From Massilicoli timonensis (GTDB lineage Bacteria; Bacillota_I; Bacilli_A; Erysipelotrichales; Erysipelotrichaceae): 32,000 bases of DNA. Position numbers and translations under genes: made by a program. A model generated the notes under the pieces. The model ran no database searches and had not been told where the DNA came from. It was given only the letters and a program-made list of their open reading frames with translations. The DNA lies in contig NZ_LT963434.1 of NCBI RefSeq assembly GCF_900199515.1, forward strand, positions 363,272 through 395,271. Reading direction: 5' to 3'. Below are positions 1-8,387 of the stretch, in pieces (positions within the stretch are counted from its first letter, which is position 1; each line of letters opens with the position of its first letter).

Positions 1-125
1 GCGGAAAAAAGGCCGCATGGCAAAACGGTCGCTTCAATGCCTGCCTGTGTAAATACCGGAAGCTGTGCCGTAATGCCGACATGCGAATGAGCGACCATGC
101 TGTTGATGACCAATACTCGTTTCAT
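1..125 (-). CDS. 5' end of a pyridoxal/pyridoxamine-kinase-like gene (continues off the left edge)
   Basis: Not in the ORF track because it is truncated. The reverse strand from ATG at 125 reads MKRVLVINSMVAHSHVGITAQLPVFTQAGIEATVLPCGLFS, which resembles PdxK/PdxY-type kinase N-termini. An AGGTGA RBS lies upstream. The ATG overlaps the rlmA stop as ATGA. Confidence 0.45.
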   Translation of the reverse strand, partial: MKRVLVINSMVAHSHVGITAQLPVFTQAGIEATVLPCGLFS

Positions 126-916
126 TTTTTCACCTGCTTTCGATAACAGACGATATGAAAGGAAGCGCGCACCTGCAGCACGCTCTGCGCTTGTAAACGC
201 GATCGGCTTTCTTTCGGTGATTTCCAATAGTAAGGCGTCATTTGAAACAGCGCCTGCAAATGCTGTGGATCATGGATCTCCATCGGATAAGTCAGCGTTT
301 CTGCTTTTACAACATCAAATGATCGGCTATGAACAGTCGGCTCATGCAGCTGTACGCGCTCATATAAGATCTGTTTTAATTCATATAAATGATATGGTCC
401 CGGCTGCACCTGAATGAGCAGACCATCTGCTTTCAGCACCCGCTGAAACTCCGCTTCATCAAAAGGGGCAAATACGCTGAGCAAGACATCGACGCTTTCA
501 TCCGCCAAAGGCAAATGCGCCAATGAAGCGATCGCATAATGCGTTTTCGCATCGTTTGCGGCAGCGAGCTTCAAAGCAGCCTTGGATAAATCAAATCCAT
601 ACGCTTCCCTCGCATGCTGCGCACATACCTTGGTATAATAGCCTTCACCACATCCCGCGTCCACCAGTACCTGCGGTTTTCGGGAAGCGATCAAATTGCT
701 TACATGATCGCGCAGCGGGGCATAAAAGCCTTCTTCCAAAAACAAGTGCCGGCTTTTGACCATATCCCGATCATCTCCACTGCTCTTTTTTCCATTGATC
801 ATTAAATTGACATAGCCTTGCCTTGCCAGATCAAAACTGTGCCCGTTTTCACATTTCATTTGTTTCTCTGTTCTTCTCAGCTCTGTTTGACAGATCGGAC
901 ATAGCAGCATCTTCAT
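122..916 (-). CDS. rlmA: 23S rRNA (guanine-N1)-methyltransferase, RlmA family
   Basis: 264 aa. N-terminal Cys4 zinc motif (CPIC...C..GH) followed by the SAM motif VLVDAGCGEGYYT. Collinear by eye with E. coli RlmA (FDLA..GYVNL, MTPYYW). Confidence 0.85.
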   Translation of the reverse strand: MKMLLCPICQTELRRTEKQMKCENGHSFDLARQGYVNLMINGKKSSGDDRDMVKSRHLFLEEGFYAPLRDHVSNLIASRKPQVLVDAGCGEGYYTKVCAQHAREAYGFDLSKAALKLAAANDAKTHYAIASLAHLPLADESVDVLLSVFAPFDEAEFQRVLKADGLLIQVQPGPYHLYELKQILYERVQLHEPTVHSRSFDVVKAETLTYPMEIHDPQHLQALFQMTPYYWKSPKESRSRLQAQSVLQVRASFHIVCYRKQVKK

Positions 917-965
917 CGCCTCCCTGCTCTTTGCCTATCTTATCATAGATTTCTTTGCATTGACA

Positions 966-995
966 GAAAAAAAGCTTCTTCCGCCGGATAAAAGC
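966..995 (-). terminator. Possible intrinsic terminator after the small ORF
   Basis: The minus strand reads GCTTTT..AAGAAGC followed by TTTTTTT. The stem is imperfect, about 6 bp with one G-U pair. Confidence 0.35.
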
Positions 996-1048
996 AAATA
1001 ATCTGCCCTTATGCGTCCAAAGCCTTTTCTCATAGCTGCTTCACTAGG

Positions 1049-1240
1049 TTACTGGTTCGGCTTATGATGATCGATCTGTCGCCGTTTTTCTTCATAGATC
1101 TTGCGATGCTTGATCTTATCCGCTTCCAGATCCGCCCCCAATTCAATGCCCATCTCATACTGAAACAGGTTTTCCTGAATCTGTTTTTCCTGATAGAGCG
1201 GATTATGTGTTTGCCGGTTTTGTCCATTTGTTTTTTTCAT
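1049..1240 (-). CDS. Small hypothetical protein (63 aa)
   Basis: I trimmed the track ORF 1049..1303 to the internal ATG at 1240 (MKKTNGQNRQ...), which has an AGAGGTGA RBS 6-7 nt upstream. The protein is charged and Gln/Lys-rich. I recognise no family. Confidence 0.5.
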   Translation of the reverse strand: MKKTNGQNRQTHNPLYQEKQIQENLFQYEMGIELGADLEADKIKHRKIYEEKRRQIDHHKPNQ

Positions 1241-1287
1241 CTGTTTATCACCTCTGCTCTTAATATGAGCAGAAAGCATCTTCTTAT

Positions 1288-1313
1288 ACAAAAGAAAAGG
1301 CACAAAGGTGCCT
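1288..1313 (-). terminator. Intrinsic terminator downstream of thiI
   Basis: The minus strand reads AGGCAC-CTTT-GTGCCT followed by TTTCTTTT, starting 3 nt after the thiI stop. Confidence 0.6.
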
Positions 1314-1315
1314 CA

Positions 1316-2527
1316 CTAAAATAAATCCGCTTCTTCCAGCTGTTTAGCCGGATAGATCTGTACGACTTTGGTGTTTTCGACACACGCATCGACCAGTTTT
1401 TCCCAATCGAAACGGCTTTCCAGCTTTTCACATTTAACGGCGGTCGGCTTCGTTACCGGATTTTTCGGCGTAAAGATCGTACAGCAGTCCTCAAAAGGCT
1501 GGATACTTGTTTCATAGGTATCGATCTGCTTTGCGATCTCAATGATCTCTAATTTATCCAGTGCCGCTACCGGACGGATCACCGGCATCGTTACCACGGA
1601 ATTGATCACATTCATGCTCTCTAACGTCTGCGAAGCGACCTGCCCGATGCTTTCCCCATTGACGATTGCCAAAGCGTGCTGCTTTTGCGCAAGCTTAGCA
1701 GCGATACGATACATCATGCGCCGCATCAGCGTGATCGCATAGCTTTCATCACCGTGCTCATAAATCGCCAATTGCAGATCGGTAAATGGAACGATATGCA
1801 AGGTGATATGTCCCTGATAATGCGCAAGCAGTCTTGCCAGTTCTTCCACCTTTTCCTGTGCCCTTTGAGAGGTATAAGGCGGTGAAGCATAGTGAATGCA
1901 CTCGATCGCAATGCCTCTTTTCATCGTCAGATAGGCTGCGACCGGTGAATCGATGCCGCCGCTGAGCATGACCATCGCTTTCCCACCGATCCCAACCGGA
2001 TAGCCGCCTGCTCCAAGCATCACATCGGTCATGATGCAGGCAAAGCCTTGATGCACTTCGATCGTGATTTTCAGCTGTGGATTTTTGACATCGACCTTCC
2101 AGCGATCGGTTTTTAAGATATCGCCTGCCACGATGCGGTTGATCTCATCGGAAATATAAGAAAACTGCTTATCGCTGCGCCGCGCCGCTACTTTGAAGGT
2201 TTCCTTGTCGCTGGCATTGGCGATCTGCAGGCATGCGGCACGAATATCCTCAATCGTACTCGGCACCTTCATTGCCAACGAAAAGGAACGGATACCGAAA
2301 ACATGGCGGATCCGCTCACATACCGCCTCATGATCACTTTCATGCAGATGGATATACAAACGATCATGTGTTTTCTCATATTCCAGCCGATCAAACTCCC
2401 ACAGTGCATTGCGCATATTGTGCACGAGCCGATTGATAAAATCCTTGCGGTTTTTGCCTTTGGTCGTCAATTCTCCATAACGAACCAAGATATGGTCATA
2501 AACCGGTTTATTAAGTTCTGTATTCAT
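1316..2527 (-). CDS. thiI: tRNA uracil 4-sulfurtransferase ThiI (no rhodanese domain)
   Basis: 403 aa. N-terminal ferredoxin-like/THUMP region (YGELTTKGKNR) and the PP-loop motif LSGGIDSPVA. It lies next to a cysteine desulfurase, as in the Bacillus nifZ-thiI pair. Confidence 0.9.
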   Translation of the reverse strand: MNTELNKPVYDHILVRYGELTTKGKNRKDFINRLVHNMRNALWEFDRLEYEKTHDRLYIHLHESDHEAVCERIRHVFGIRSFSLAMKVPSTIEDIRAACLQIANASDKETFKVAARRSDKQFSYISDEINRIVAGDILKTDRWKVDVKNPQLKITIEVHQGFACIMTDVMLGAGGYPVGIGGKAMVMLSGGIDSPVAAYLTMKRGIAIECIHYASPPYTSQRAQEKVEELARLLAHYQGHITLHIVPFTDLQLAIYEHGDESYAITLMRRMMYRIAAKLAQKQHALAIVNGESIGQVASQTLESMNVINSVVTMPVIRPVAALDKLEIIEIAKQIDTYETSIQPFEDCCTIFTPKNPVTKPTAVKCEKLESRFDWEKLVDACVENTKVVQIYPAKQLEEADLF

Positions 2528-3638
2528 GATAGATCTCCTTTATCACTTGCAAAAACTGTTCGATTTCCGCTATTGTCGTCAAATGCGACAGCGAGATGCG
2601 GATCGCATGGGTTGCACGCAGCTCGCCAAGTCCCATCGCCGCCAGCACATAAGAATGCGGCTTCCCTTTTGAGGCACAGGTGCTTTGCGCCGATACCGCA
2701 AAGCCGCGCGCATTGAGCGCATTCAACATGATCTCACTGCCGATCTGTTCACAGGATACATTTAAGATATAAACTGATCCGTTTTGCGGTGAGTTGATGA
2801 CAAAGCCCTCCATATTTGAAAATGCCTCATAAAGCATCTCATGCAGCGTTTTCACATAGGCGAAATGCTCCCGCTGATGATCCAGCGCCAAACGAATCGT
2901 CTTGGCCCACATCGTATAAGCCGGTGCATTGCTGGTACCGCCGCGCAAATGCTGTTCCTGCTGCCCGGCGCTGATCAAAGCGATGATCGGCAGATGCTCA
3001 CGTTTATAAAGCAGGCCGCACCCTTTTAATCCGTAAATCTTATGGGCGGACATCGTCGCCATATCGACATCCTGCAACGGCAACTCATATTTTCCCAATG
3101 CCTGCACACAATCACAATGAAACACCGCCTTCGTATGCGTATGAACGTAGGCAGCCAGTTCCTTGATCGGATTGATCGCACCGGTTTCATTGTTGATATA
3201 CATGCAGGAAACCAGTATCGTATCTTCCCTTACCGCCGCTGCTAAATCACTTAACCGTACCACTCCATCCTCGCTGACCGGCAGATAAGTGATCGAAAAT
3301 CCAAACACTTCTTCCAGCTGTTTCATCGTTTCCAGTACGCTGGAATGCTCCACCGCCGTCGTGATCAAATGTTTTCCTTTATGTGCATTGGCAAACGCAT
3401 AGCCTTTGATCGCCATATTATTCGATTCACTGGCACACGAAGTAAAAAAGATCTCGGTTTCCTTTACACATAAAGAAGAAGCCACTTGCATGCGGCTTTG
3501 CTTCATTAACCGATCGGCTTTTCTGCCGATCTCATGCAGGGAATCGCTGTTCCCATAATACTGCTTCAAAACTTTGTAATAACCCTCTAACACTTCTTCA
3601 TGCAGAGGCGTTGTTGCAGCATAATCCAGATAAATCAT
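2511..3638 (-). CDS. Cysteine desulfurase (class V aminotransferase, NifZ/IscS-like)
   Basis: 375 aa. Starts MIYLDYAATTP, has the PLP-lysine context SAHKIYG, and ends in a typical C-terminal region. It overlaps thiI by 17 nt. Confidence 0.9.
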   Translation of the reverse strand: MIYLDYAATTPLHEEVLEGYYKVLKQYYGNSDSLHEIGRKADRLMKQSRMQVASSLCVKETEIFFTSCASESNNMAIKGYAFANAHKGKHLITTAVEHSSVLETMKQLEEVFGFSITYLPVSEDGVVRLSDLAAAVREDTILVSCMYINNETGAINPIKELAAYVHTHTKAVFHCDCVQALGKYELPLQDVDMATMSAHKIYGLKGCGLLYKREHLPIIALISAGQQEQHLRGGTSNAPAYTMWAKTIRLALDHQREHFAYVKTLHEMLYEAFSNMEGFVINSPQNGSVYILNVSCEQIGSEIMLNALNARGFAVSAQSTCASKGKPHSYVLAAMGLGELRATHAIRISLSHLTTIAEIEQFLQVIKEIYHEYRT

Positions 3639-3653
3639 CTTTCATCACCTTTT

Positions 3654-5408
3654 CTATTCCTCTAATGTGACTGGCGTTTCACTTTGACGGTTTATCAGTT
3701 TTTCATAAGCACCCGGATGGATCTTTTCGATCGCCTGAATGCTGATTTTCAATGCTTTCGTATATTCGCCGTTTCTAAAGCATAATTCCGCTCTGGTTAA
3801 TTCCGAGTCGATCTCCGGATACGTAGAACGATATTTATTGCCGAAAACGATTGCATTTTCCACCATCTTCGCCATCCCTACCAGTTTATTCACACTGTTG
3901 TAAAGGGTATAGACGAAATCAATGGTCGAACGCAGCTGCACGTTAAGATTTTTCACATCAAGCGGGATAGAATCCAAAATACAGCGTACATCGTTCATCA
4001 TTCGCTTTGCCTTCGCCAGATTCTGATCAAACTGTGCATCCACGACCGGTAAGCGGTGCCGCGTCATCTTGACTTGGATCTCATTCAGGATCAACTGCAT
4101 CTTGATCAGCTGTTTCTTCGCCCGTTCTTCATCGCTGCACGCATTCTCCAGCTTTCCTTTTAAGGAAGCGACCTCTTCATGAAAAGCGTGTACGCTCGTA
4201 TCTAATTCCTGTAATGAGAGCAGGATCGTCGTATAAGGAACGCCCGCTTCTTCCAGCACTTCCTCCAGTTTTCCTCTGGTACGATTGATCTCCGTCAGTT
4301 TCTCCTTGATTTCTTCTAAACGCTGCGCCCAGTTCTCAAAGCCAAAGCGCGAAGATACCCGCTCATACAGCTGATCGATCGTTTCGATATCGCGATTGAC
4401 CTCACGAATTTCCTCGAATAACATCTGTTTGTCGCTTTGCACCTGCCGATACGCATTTGCTTCTTTGGTGATCTGCTCTTGGATCTGCACCAGCCGCCGC
4501 TGGCTTTCATTCAGATGCTCCTGTACGCTTTCTAAATTGCCGCAGCGAAGCTGATTCAGATCATCCTTCAGCATATCGGTAACGATCTCCAGGTTTTTCT
4601 TCACTTCCAAATGTTCCAGATAAACGCCCTGATTTTTTGCTTGGGCATAATTATAGTTTACTTCATCGATCGCTCTTGGCAATACGCCCTTAGCGATTTC
4701 ATAGAGCTTCGGCAGCTGATTCTTCAGCGCTTCCAAGTGCGCGATGGATTTTGCGATCTCTTCCTGCTGCTCGCCTGCTTTGGTAAATTCAGAAGCGAAC
4801 ATCCATTCCTCAAACAAAGAGAACATCTTTTCGATCGACAGCACTTCATTTTCCATGTACTCGCTGCTTTGATGGAAAGCGCCGTGGTTTTCCGTAATGA
4901 CCTTTTTCAGATTGCGAAACTGCTCCTTCAGCACATTGATCTGTTCACGCTGCGCATTTTCCTGCTCCAAGACGCCGTCCAGCAATTCATTGACCCGCTG
5001 CACATTGATTTCACAGCCATCTAACAGCGCGCTCAACTCTTCCATGCGTCTGCTTGCCGCCTTGATCTTGCGCACGTATAAAAAGTCATCGCTTTCCGCT
5101 AGAGCGATCGAACACTGCTTTAACTGCTCCTGTACTTCGTCAAAATCATTCTTACAGGCGTCCACCCGTTCCGCCATCATCGTATTCACTCTTGACAAAG
5201 CCACCGCTTTATTCACCTTAAAAGCCAACGGCACGCCTTTTAACGTATGATAACGCTGTTCCAGTTCTTCCAGCTGCCGCTTCGCTTTTTTGCTGCGAAT
5301 CATCATCATGATCAAAGTAATGACAATGATCGCTGCCAAACCGATCCCGATATATAAAAACGCATCTGCTGATACCAGCTGCTTTACTTTCCCGATAAAA
5401 CTGTTCAT
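3654..5408 (-). CDS. ezrA: Septation ring formation regulator EzrA
   Basis: 584 aa. A single N-terminal TM helix is followed by long coiled-coil repeats. Length and layout match EzrA, and the thiI/desulfurase/rpsD neighbourhood is typical of Bacilli-type genomes. Confidence 0.85.
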   Translation of the reverse strand: MNSFIGKVKQLVSADAFLYIGIGLAAIIVITLIMMMIRSKKAKRQLEELEQRYHTLKGVPLAFKVNKAVALSRVNTMMAERVDACKNDFDEVQEQLKQCSIALAESDDFLYVRKIKAASRRMEELSALLDGCEINVQRVNELLDGVLEQENAQREQINVLKEQFRNLKKVITENHGAFHQSSEYMENEVLSIEKMFSLFEEWMFASEFTKAGEQQEEIAKSIAHLEALKNQLPKLYEIAKGVLPRAIDEVNYNYAQAKNQGVYLEHLEVKKNLEIVTDMLKDDLNQLRCGNLESVQEHLNESQRRLVQIQEQITKEANAYRQVQSDKQMLFEEIREVNRDIETIDQLYERVSSRFGFENWAQRLEEIKEKLTEINRTRGKLEEVLEEAGVPYTTILLSLQELDTSVHAFHEEVASLKGKLENACSDEERAKKQLIKMQLILNEIQVKMTRHRLPVVDAQFDQNLAKAKRMMNDVRCILDSIPLDVKNLNVQLRSTIDFVYTLYNSVNKLVGMAKMVENAIVFGNKYRSTYPEIDSELTRAELCFRNGEYTKALKISIQAIEKIHPGAYEKLINRQSETPVTLEE

Positions 5409-5428
5409 AACGACACCTCACTGTTCTA

Positions 5429-5437
5429 ATTGTACCA
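5429..5437 (-). promoter_or_regulatory. Candidate extended -10 promoter element for ezrA
   Basis: The minus strand reads TGGTACAAT (TGn + TACAAT) about 20 nt upstream of the ezrA RBS GAGGTG. There is no good -35 element. Confidence 0.3.
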
Positions 5438-5474
5438 TAAAAACGGCGCCTGCACTACTACTCATCGCCGTTTT
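5438..5474 (-). terminator. Intrinsic terminator after the 5458..5847 ORF
   Basis: Perfect 9-bp inverted repeat AAAACGGCG / CGCCGTTTT (5440..5448 and 5466..5474). The minus-strand stem is followed by a T-run. The loop is long (17 nt), and one arm lies in the last codons of the ORF. Confidence 0.5.
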
Positions 5475-5847
5475 CCGTTAATTTTTTCAGCGTGGCAACC
5501 ACCTGTTTCAAAAAAGCGTCATATTCGATAAACTGATAGCCGTCTTTTTCCGCTACTGCCACATAATAGCGATCCTTGCTGTCATAGATGACCTGGTATT
5601 CCTCATCCTTCAGCAAAATACAGGCAATGCCGATCTTAACGCTTGTCAAATTGCCCTGCACCATGACGTGATGATAGCCGTATTCCGTACTCACATAGAT
5701 CGTATCATCGTACAGATCGCTTTTATAAGCGCCGCTTTCCACTCCATGCAAATATAGATCGCTTTTGACATAGACCGGCACCTGATCAGGAAACTGCTGC
5801 CGGGCACTGATCAAAACTGCCTCTTCCTCAAATTCACCGATTTTCAC
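5458..5847 (-). CDS. Hypothetical protein (129 aa)
   Basis: I trimmed the track ORF 5458..5904 to the GTG at 5847 (V/MKIGEFEEE...), which is preceded by GAGGAAG with 7-nt spacing. I recognise no family. Confidence 0.55.
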   Translation of the reverse strand: MKIGEFEEEAVLISARQQFPDQVPVYVKSDLYLHGVESGAYKSDLYDDTIYVSTEYGYHHVMVQGNLTSVKIGIACILLKDEEYQVIYDSKDRYYVAVAEKDGYQFIEYDAFLKQVVATLKKLTENGDE

Positions 5848-6022
5848 TTCATCACTTCCTCGTCTTTTGTTACTGATTATACCACAGGAAAGACGACAAT
5901 GCACGGCGTTCTTTCCAGAATGCTTTACGCCTGCACTGTCAAAAGGACTACATTTTTCTCAAAACGATCCAAAGATGCGCTGTCTTTGCCTGTTTTTTTC
6001 TGCATTTCATCGATATTTTATT

Positions 6023-6051
6023 TGACTTTCCGTCAGGCATTTGTTAAGATA
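6023..6051 (+). promoter_or_regulatory. Sigma-A-type promoter for rpsD
   Basis: TTGACT (6023..6028), a 17-nt spacer ending in TGT (extended -10), then TAAGAT (6046..6051). Confidence 0.5.
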
Positions 6052-6233
6052 ATGAAGCGTCAAATGATAGCAGCATGTAAAGTCGTGCAGTTTCGCGTTG
6101 TTCACACAGTGATTTGTGGGGCATCGGGTAACTTTGCTGTAAGAGCGAGGATGTCGTATGGAGCAACACCCTGCATGGATGATTTACACCTGTTATTGTT
6201 TATCGTCAAAATAAACAATAAGGAGGACACATT
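6052..6233 (+). promoter_or_regulatory. rpsD 5' leader with an SD-proximal hairpin (candidate S4 autoregulatory element)
   Basis: The untranslated leader is about 180 nt. A perfect 11-bp stem, TTATTGTTTAT (6193..6203) / ATAAACAATAA (6211..6221), runs into the AAGGAGG Shine-Dalgarno sequence. Confidence 0.45.
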
Positions 6234-6836
6234 ATGTCAAGAATGAACGGACCTGTCTGGAAAGTTTCTCGCCGTCTGGGATTCTCGATCTTGGAAACCG
6301 GTGAAGAACTGCAAAGACGCCAGTACGCACCAGGTCAGCACGGACCTACAAAACGTGTAAAATTAACAAACTATGGTTTACAGTTACGTGAAAAACAGAG
6401 AATCCGCAACATGTACCAGGTAAATGAACGCCAGTTCTACAACACTTTCAAGAAAGCATCTAAAAAGGAAGGTGTTACCGGCCACAATTTCTTATTCATG
6501 CTGGAATCTCGTTTGGATAACTTAGTTTACCGCATGGGATTTGCCCGCACACGCCGCGCTGCTCGTCAGCTGGTCAATCACGGACATATTCTGGTAAACG
6601 GCAAGAAGGTGGACATCCCTTCCGCACAGATCAAATTAGGTTCTGTGATCGAAGTGAAAGAAAAGTCAAAGAACATGACCGCCATCAATGAAGCATTAGA
6701 AGCAACATTGAATACACCGGCTTTCGTAACCGTTGATAAGGATGCGAAAAAAGGTACTTATGTACGTCTGCCGGAACGCAGCGAGCTGAATCAGGAAATC
6801 AACGAGCTGCTGGTAGTAGAATTTTACAACCGCTAG
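6234..6836 (+). CDS. rpsD: 30S ribosomal protein S4
   Basis: 200 aa with canonical S4 sequence (YGLQLREKQ, the S4 RNA-binding domain [21 protein letters not shown]). A strong AAGGAGG RBS is present. Confidence 0.95.
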   Translation: MSRMNGPVWKVSRRLGFSILETGEELQRRQYAPGQHGPTKRVKLTNYGLQLREKQRIRNMYQVNERQFYNTFKKASKKEGVTGHNFLFMLESRLDNLVYRMGFARTRRAARQLVNHGHILVNGKKVDIPSAQIKLGSVIEVKEKSKNMTAINEALEATLNTPAFVTVDKDAKKGTYVRLPERSELNQEINELLVVEFYNR

Positions 6837-6850
6837 TAAACCGAAGAAAA

Positions 6851-6874
6851 ATCGCATAATTATGCGGTTTTTTT
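6851..6874 (+). terminator. rpsD intrinsic terminator
   Basis: ATCGCAT-AATT-ATGCGGT stem-loop followed by T7. Confidence 0.75.
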
Positions 6875-6971
6875 ATAGTTTCATTCTCCTTATATGTGAG
6901 ATATGTGTGAGATATAAGCAAAAAAAATGCTATTTTTAGTCATGATTGATATAAACATTTTCTCACACACA

Positions 6972-7006
6972 ATAAAAAATCCCCCACTCCTTTATTGGAA
7001 TGGGGG
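6972..7006 (-). terminator. Intrinsic terminator after the endolysin gene (end of the late operon)
   Basis: CCCCCACTCC-TTTATT-GGAATGGGGG hairpin (6981..7006). On the minus strand it is followed by ATTTTTTATT. Confidence 0.65.
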
Positions 7007-7012
7007 TATTTC

Positions 7013-8071
7013 TTAATATGTTAAGTTATTGATATTGAATGCAGTGTTTAGACCATCGCCTAATACGATACGATTGCCTTTTACTTCAATTACCGTATAT
7101 GATTTTGATGTAACGCTGGAAAGCAGACTTACTCCATCATATGATACTGCCTTAATCGGTTTTGCTTTCATTCCTACTTTAAGTGTTTTTGTTTCAGTAA
7201 CAAGCATTAAGTCTGAAACATGGAAAGCTGTATTCAAGCCATTACCTAAAACTGCTCTATCGCCTTTTAATTCAATAACAGGATAGTTGTTTTTAGTAAC
7301 GCTCGCCAATAGGCTCACACCGTCATAAGACACTGCTTTAGTCGGACGGACGCTCGAACCGACTGCAATTTTGTTTTCAGTAGGTTTATTTTCTACTGAA
7401 TCTTGCGCTGTTCCGTACACATAATCTTTACTCCATGTTTGTAACCAGCCTTGATCTGTACTCGCATCAAGTCCTTCTGACGGAATGCCTTGAATACCTT
7501 TCAATGCGCCATTTTTAGCAAGAGATGTAAACTGGTGCAACAGCACATTTCCAAATGGATTATACTGCAACTTACCGCCCCAGTTATCTTGACCGTTATT
7601 GCTTCCATAATTTGCAAGCCACAAGGTCCATGCCTTGAAACCGTCTGCTGTTAATTTAGTACGGAACCAGTTTTCATTCGCATAGATTCCGACTGGAATG
7701 CCTGCTGCTTCAATCTCATCACAGAACGCTTTAGCAATCTCATATGCCTTTTCAGCGGTTAAATTGCCCTGAAAAGCACTGTATTCCATATCATAATATA
7801 ATACTCGCACTTTGTATCCTTTGATTGCAGATAAAGCCATTCGCGCCTCTGCTTTTGCTTCAGCTGCGTTTCGTGCATATGCGAAATGGTATGCACCTAA
7901 TGGAATGCCTAATTCATTTGCCTGTTTCGCATTGTTCGTCCATTGCTTATCAATCTGCTTTGTGTTATCCCATCCGTAAGAGCAACGAGCAATTACACCT
8001 GCAATGCTCTTTTTTGCTGCCGATAAATCTACTTTACCCTGATGCTCTGAAATATCAATAATAATACTCAT
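7013..8071 (-). CDS. Endolysin: N-terminal GH25 muramidase plus two C-terminal wall-binding repeats
   Basis: 352 aa. The N-terminus (IIDISEHQG..., GAYHFAYA) is GH25-like. Residues 235-291 and 297-352 are an approximately 55-aa tandem repeat (KAVSYDGVSLL.SVT...Y.VIE.KG.R.VLG.GLNTAF). AGGAGG RBS. Confidence 0.9.
   Translation of the reverse strand: MSIIIDISEHQGKVDLSAAKKSIAGVIARCSYGWDNTKQIDKQWTNNAKQANELGIPLGAYHFAYARNAAEAKAEARMALSAIKGYKVRVLYYDMEYSAFQGNLTAEKAYEIAKAFCDEIEAAGIPVGIYANENWFRTKLTADGFKAWTLWLANYGSNNGQDNWGGKLQYNPFGNVLLHQFTSLAKNGALKGIQGIPSEGLDASTDQGWLQTWSKDYVYGTAQDSVENKPTENKIAVGSSVRPTKAVSYDGVSLLASVTKNNYPVIELKGDRAVLGNGLNTAFHVSDLMLVTETKTLKVGMKAKPIKAVSYDGVSLLSSVTSKSYTVIEVKGNRIVLGDGLNTAFNINNLTY
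7016..7369 (-). repeat. Tandem duplication encoding the two endolysin wall-binding modules
   Basis: 7016..7183 and 7199..7369 encode near-identical peptide repeats. The similarity is also visible at the DNA level. Confidence 0.8.
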
Positions 8072-8084
8072 TATGAATTACCTC

Positions 8085-8384
8085 CTAGTGTTTTTCATTT
8101 ATTGGCAATGATCTAATCACCTTATCCATTCCTTCAATCATGCCATTTCCGTTCAATCCCTTGTACGCTTTGTACATCTCATCCCAATTTGTTAAAACGT
8201 AAGATGGAATGTAGCCTAATCTAATATACTTATCATGATATTCAATAAGTTTAACTCTTAAAAGACATTTTGTTCCTTCGCTATTTGCATCTCTAGTTTT
8301 CTTTTGCTCTTTCAAAAGCCATACTATATATCCTAATAATACCGGCAATGACACAGTATATGTAGTTTGCACAAACCATTCCAC
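8085..8384 (-). CDS. Lysis-cassette membrane protein (single N-terminal TM; function unproven)
   Basis: 99 aa with a GTG start at 8384 preceded by AGGAGA. One hydrophobic helix (VSLPVLLGYIVWLL). It sits between the holin and the endolysin. Confidence 0.55.
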   Translation of the reverse strand: MEWFVQTTYTVSLPVLLGYIVWLLKEQKKTRDANSEGTKCLLRVKLIEYHDKYIRLGYIPSYVLTNWDEMYKAYKGLNGNGMIEGMDKVIRSLPINEKH

Positions 8385-8387
8385 GAT

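Noticed and set aside
97-417. Plus-strand ORFs antisense to minus-strand genes (also 523..759, 4611..5024, 4897..5250, 13468..13830, 15037..15372, 15406..15714, 19529..19870 and others)
   Set aside because: They lie opposite well-supported genes, lack Shine-Dalgarno sequences, and have low-complexity or odd composition. They are typical shadow ORFs.
1030-1324. Alternative overlapping small ORFs (1030..1227 minus, 1064..1324 plus, 1237..1431 minus)
   Set aside because: Only the frame starting at ATG 1240 has a proper RBS and sits between two terminator-like hairpins. The others overlap it or overlap thiI.
5899-6246. 115-aa plus-strand ORF upstream of rpsD
   Set aside because: It spans the rpsD promoter and leader, has no RBS, and runs out of frame into the rpsD start. 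The region is better explained as a regulatory leader.
6885-6960. Micro-ORFs in the junction region (for example a 17-aa minus-strand ORF, MTKNSIFFAYISHISHI)
   Set aside because: They are too short, have no RBS, and their sequence is dominated by the GTGAGA repeats. I treat the region as att or regulatory DNA instead.
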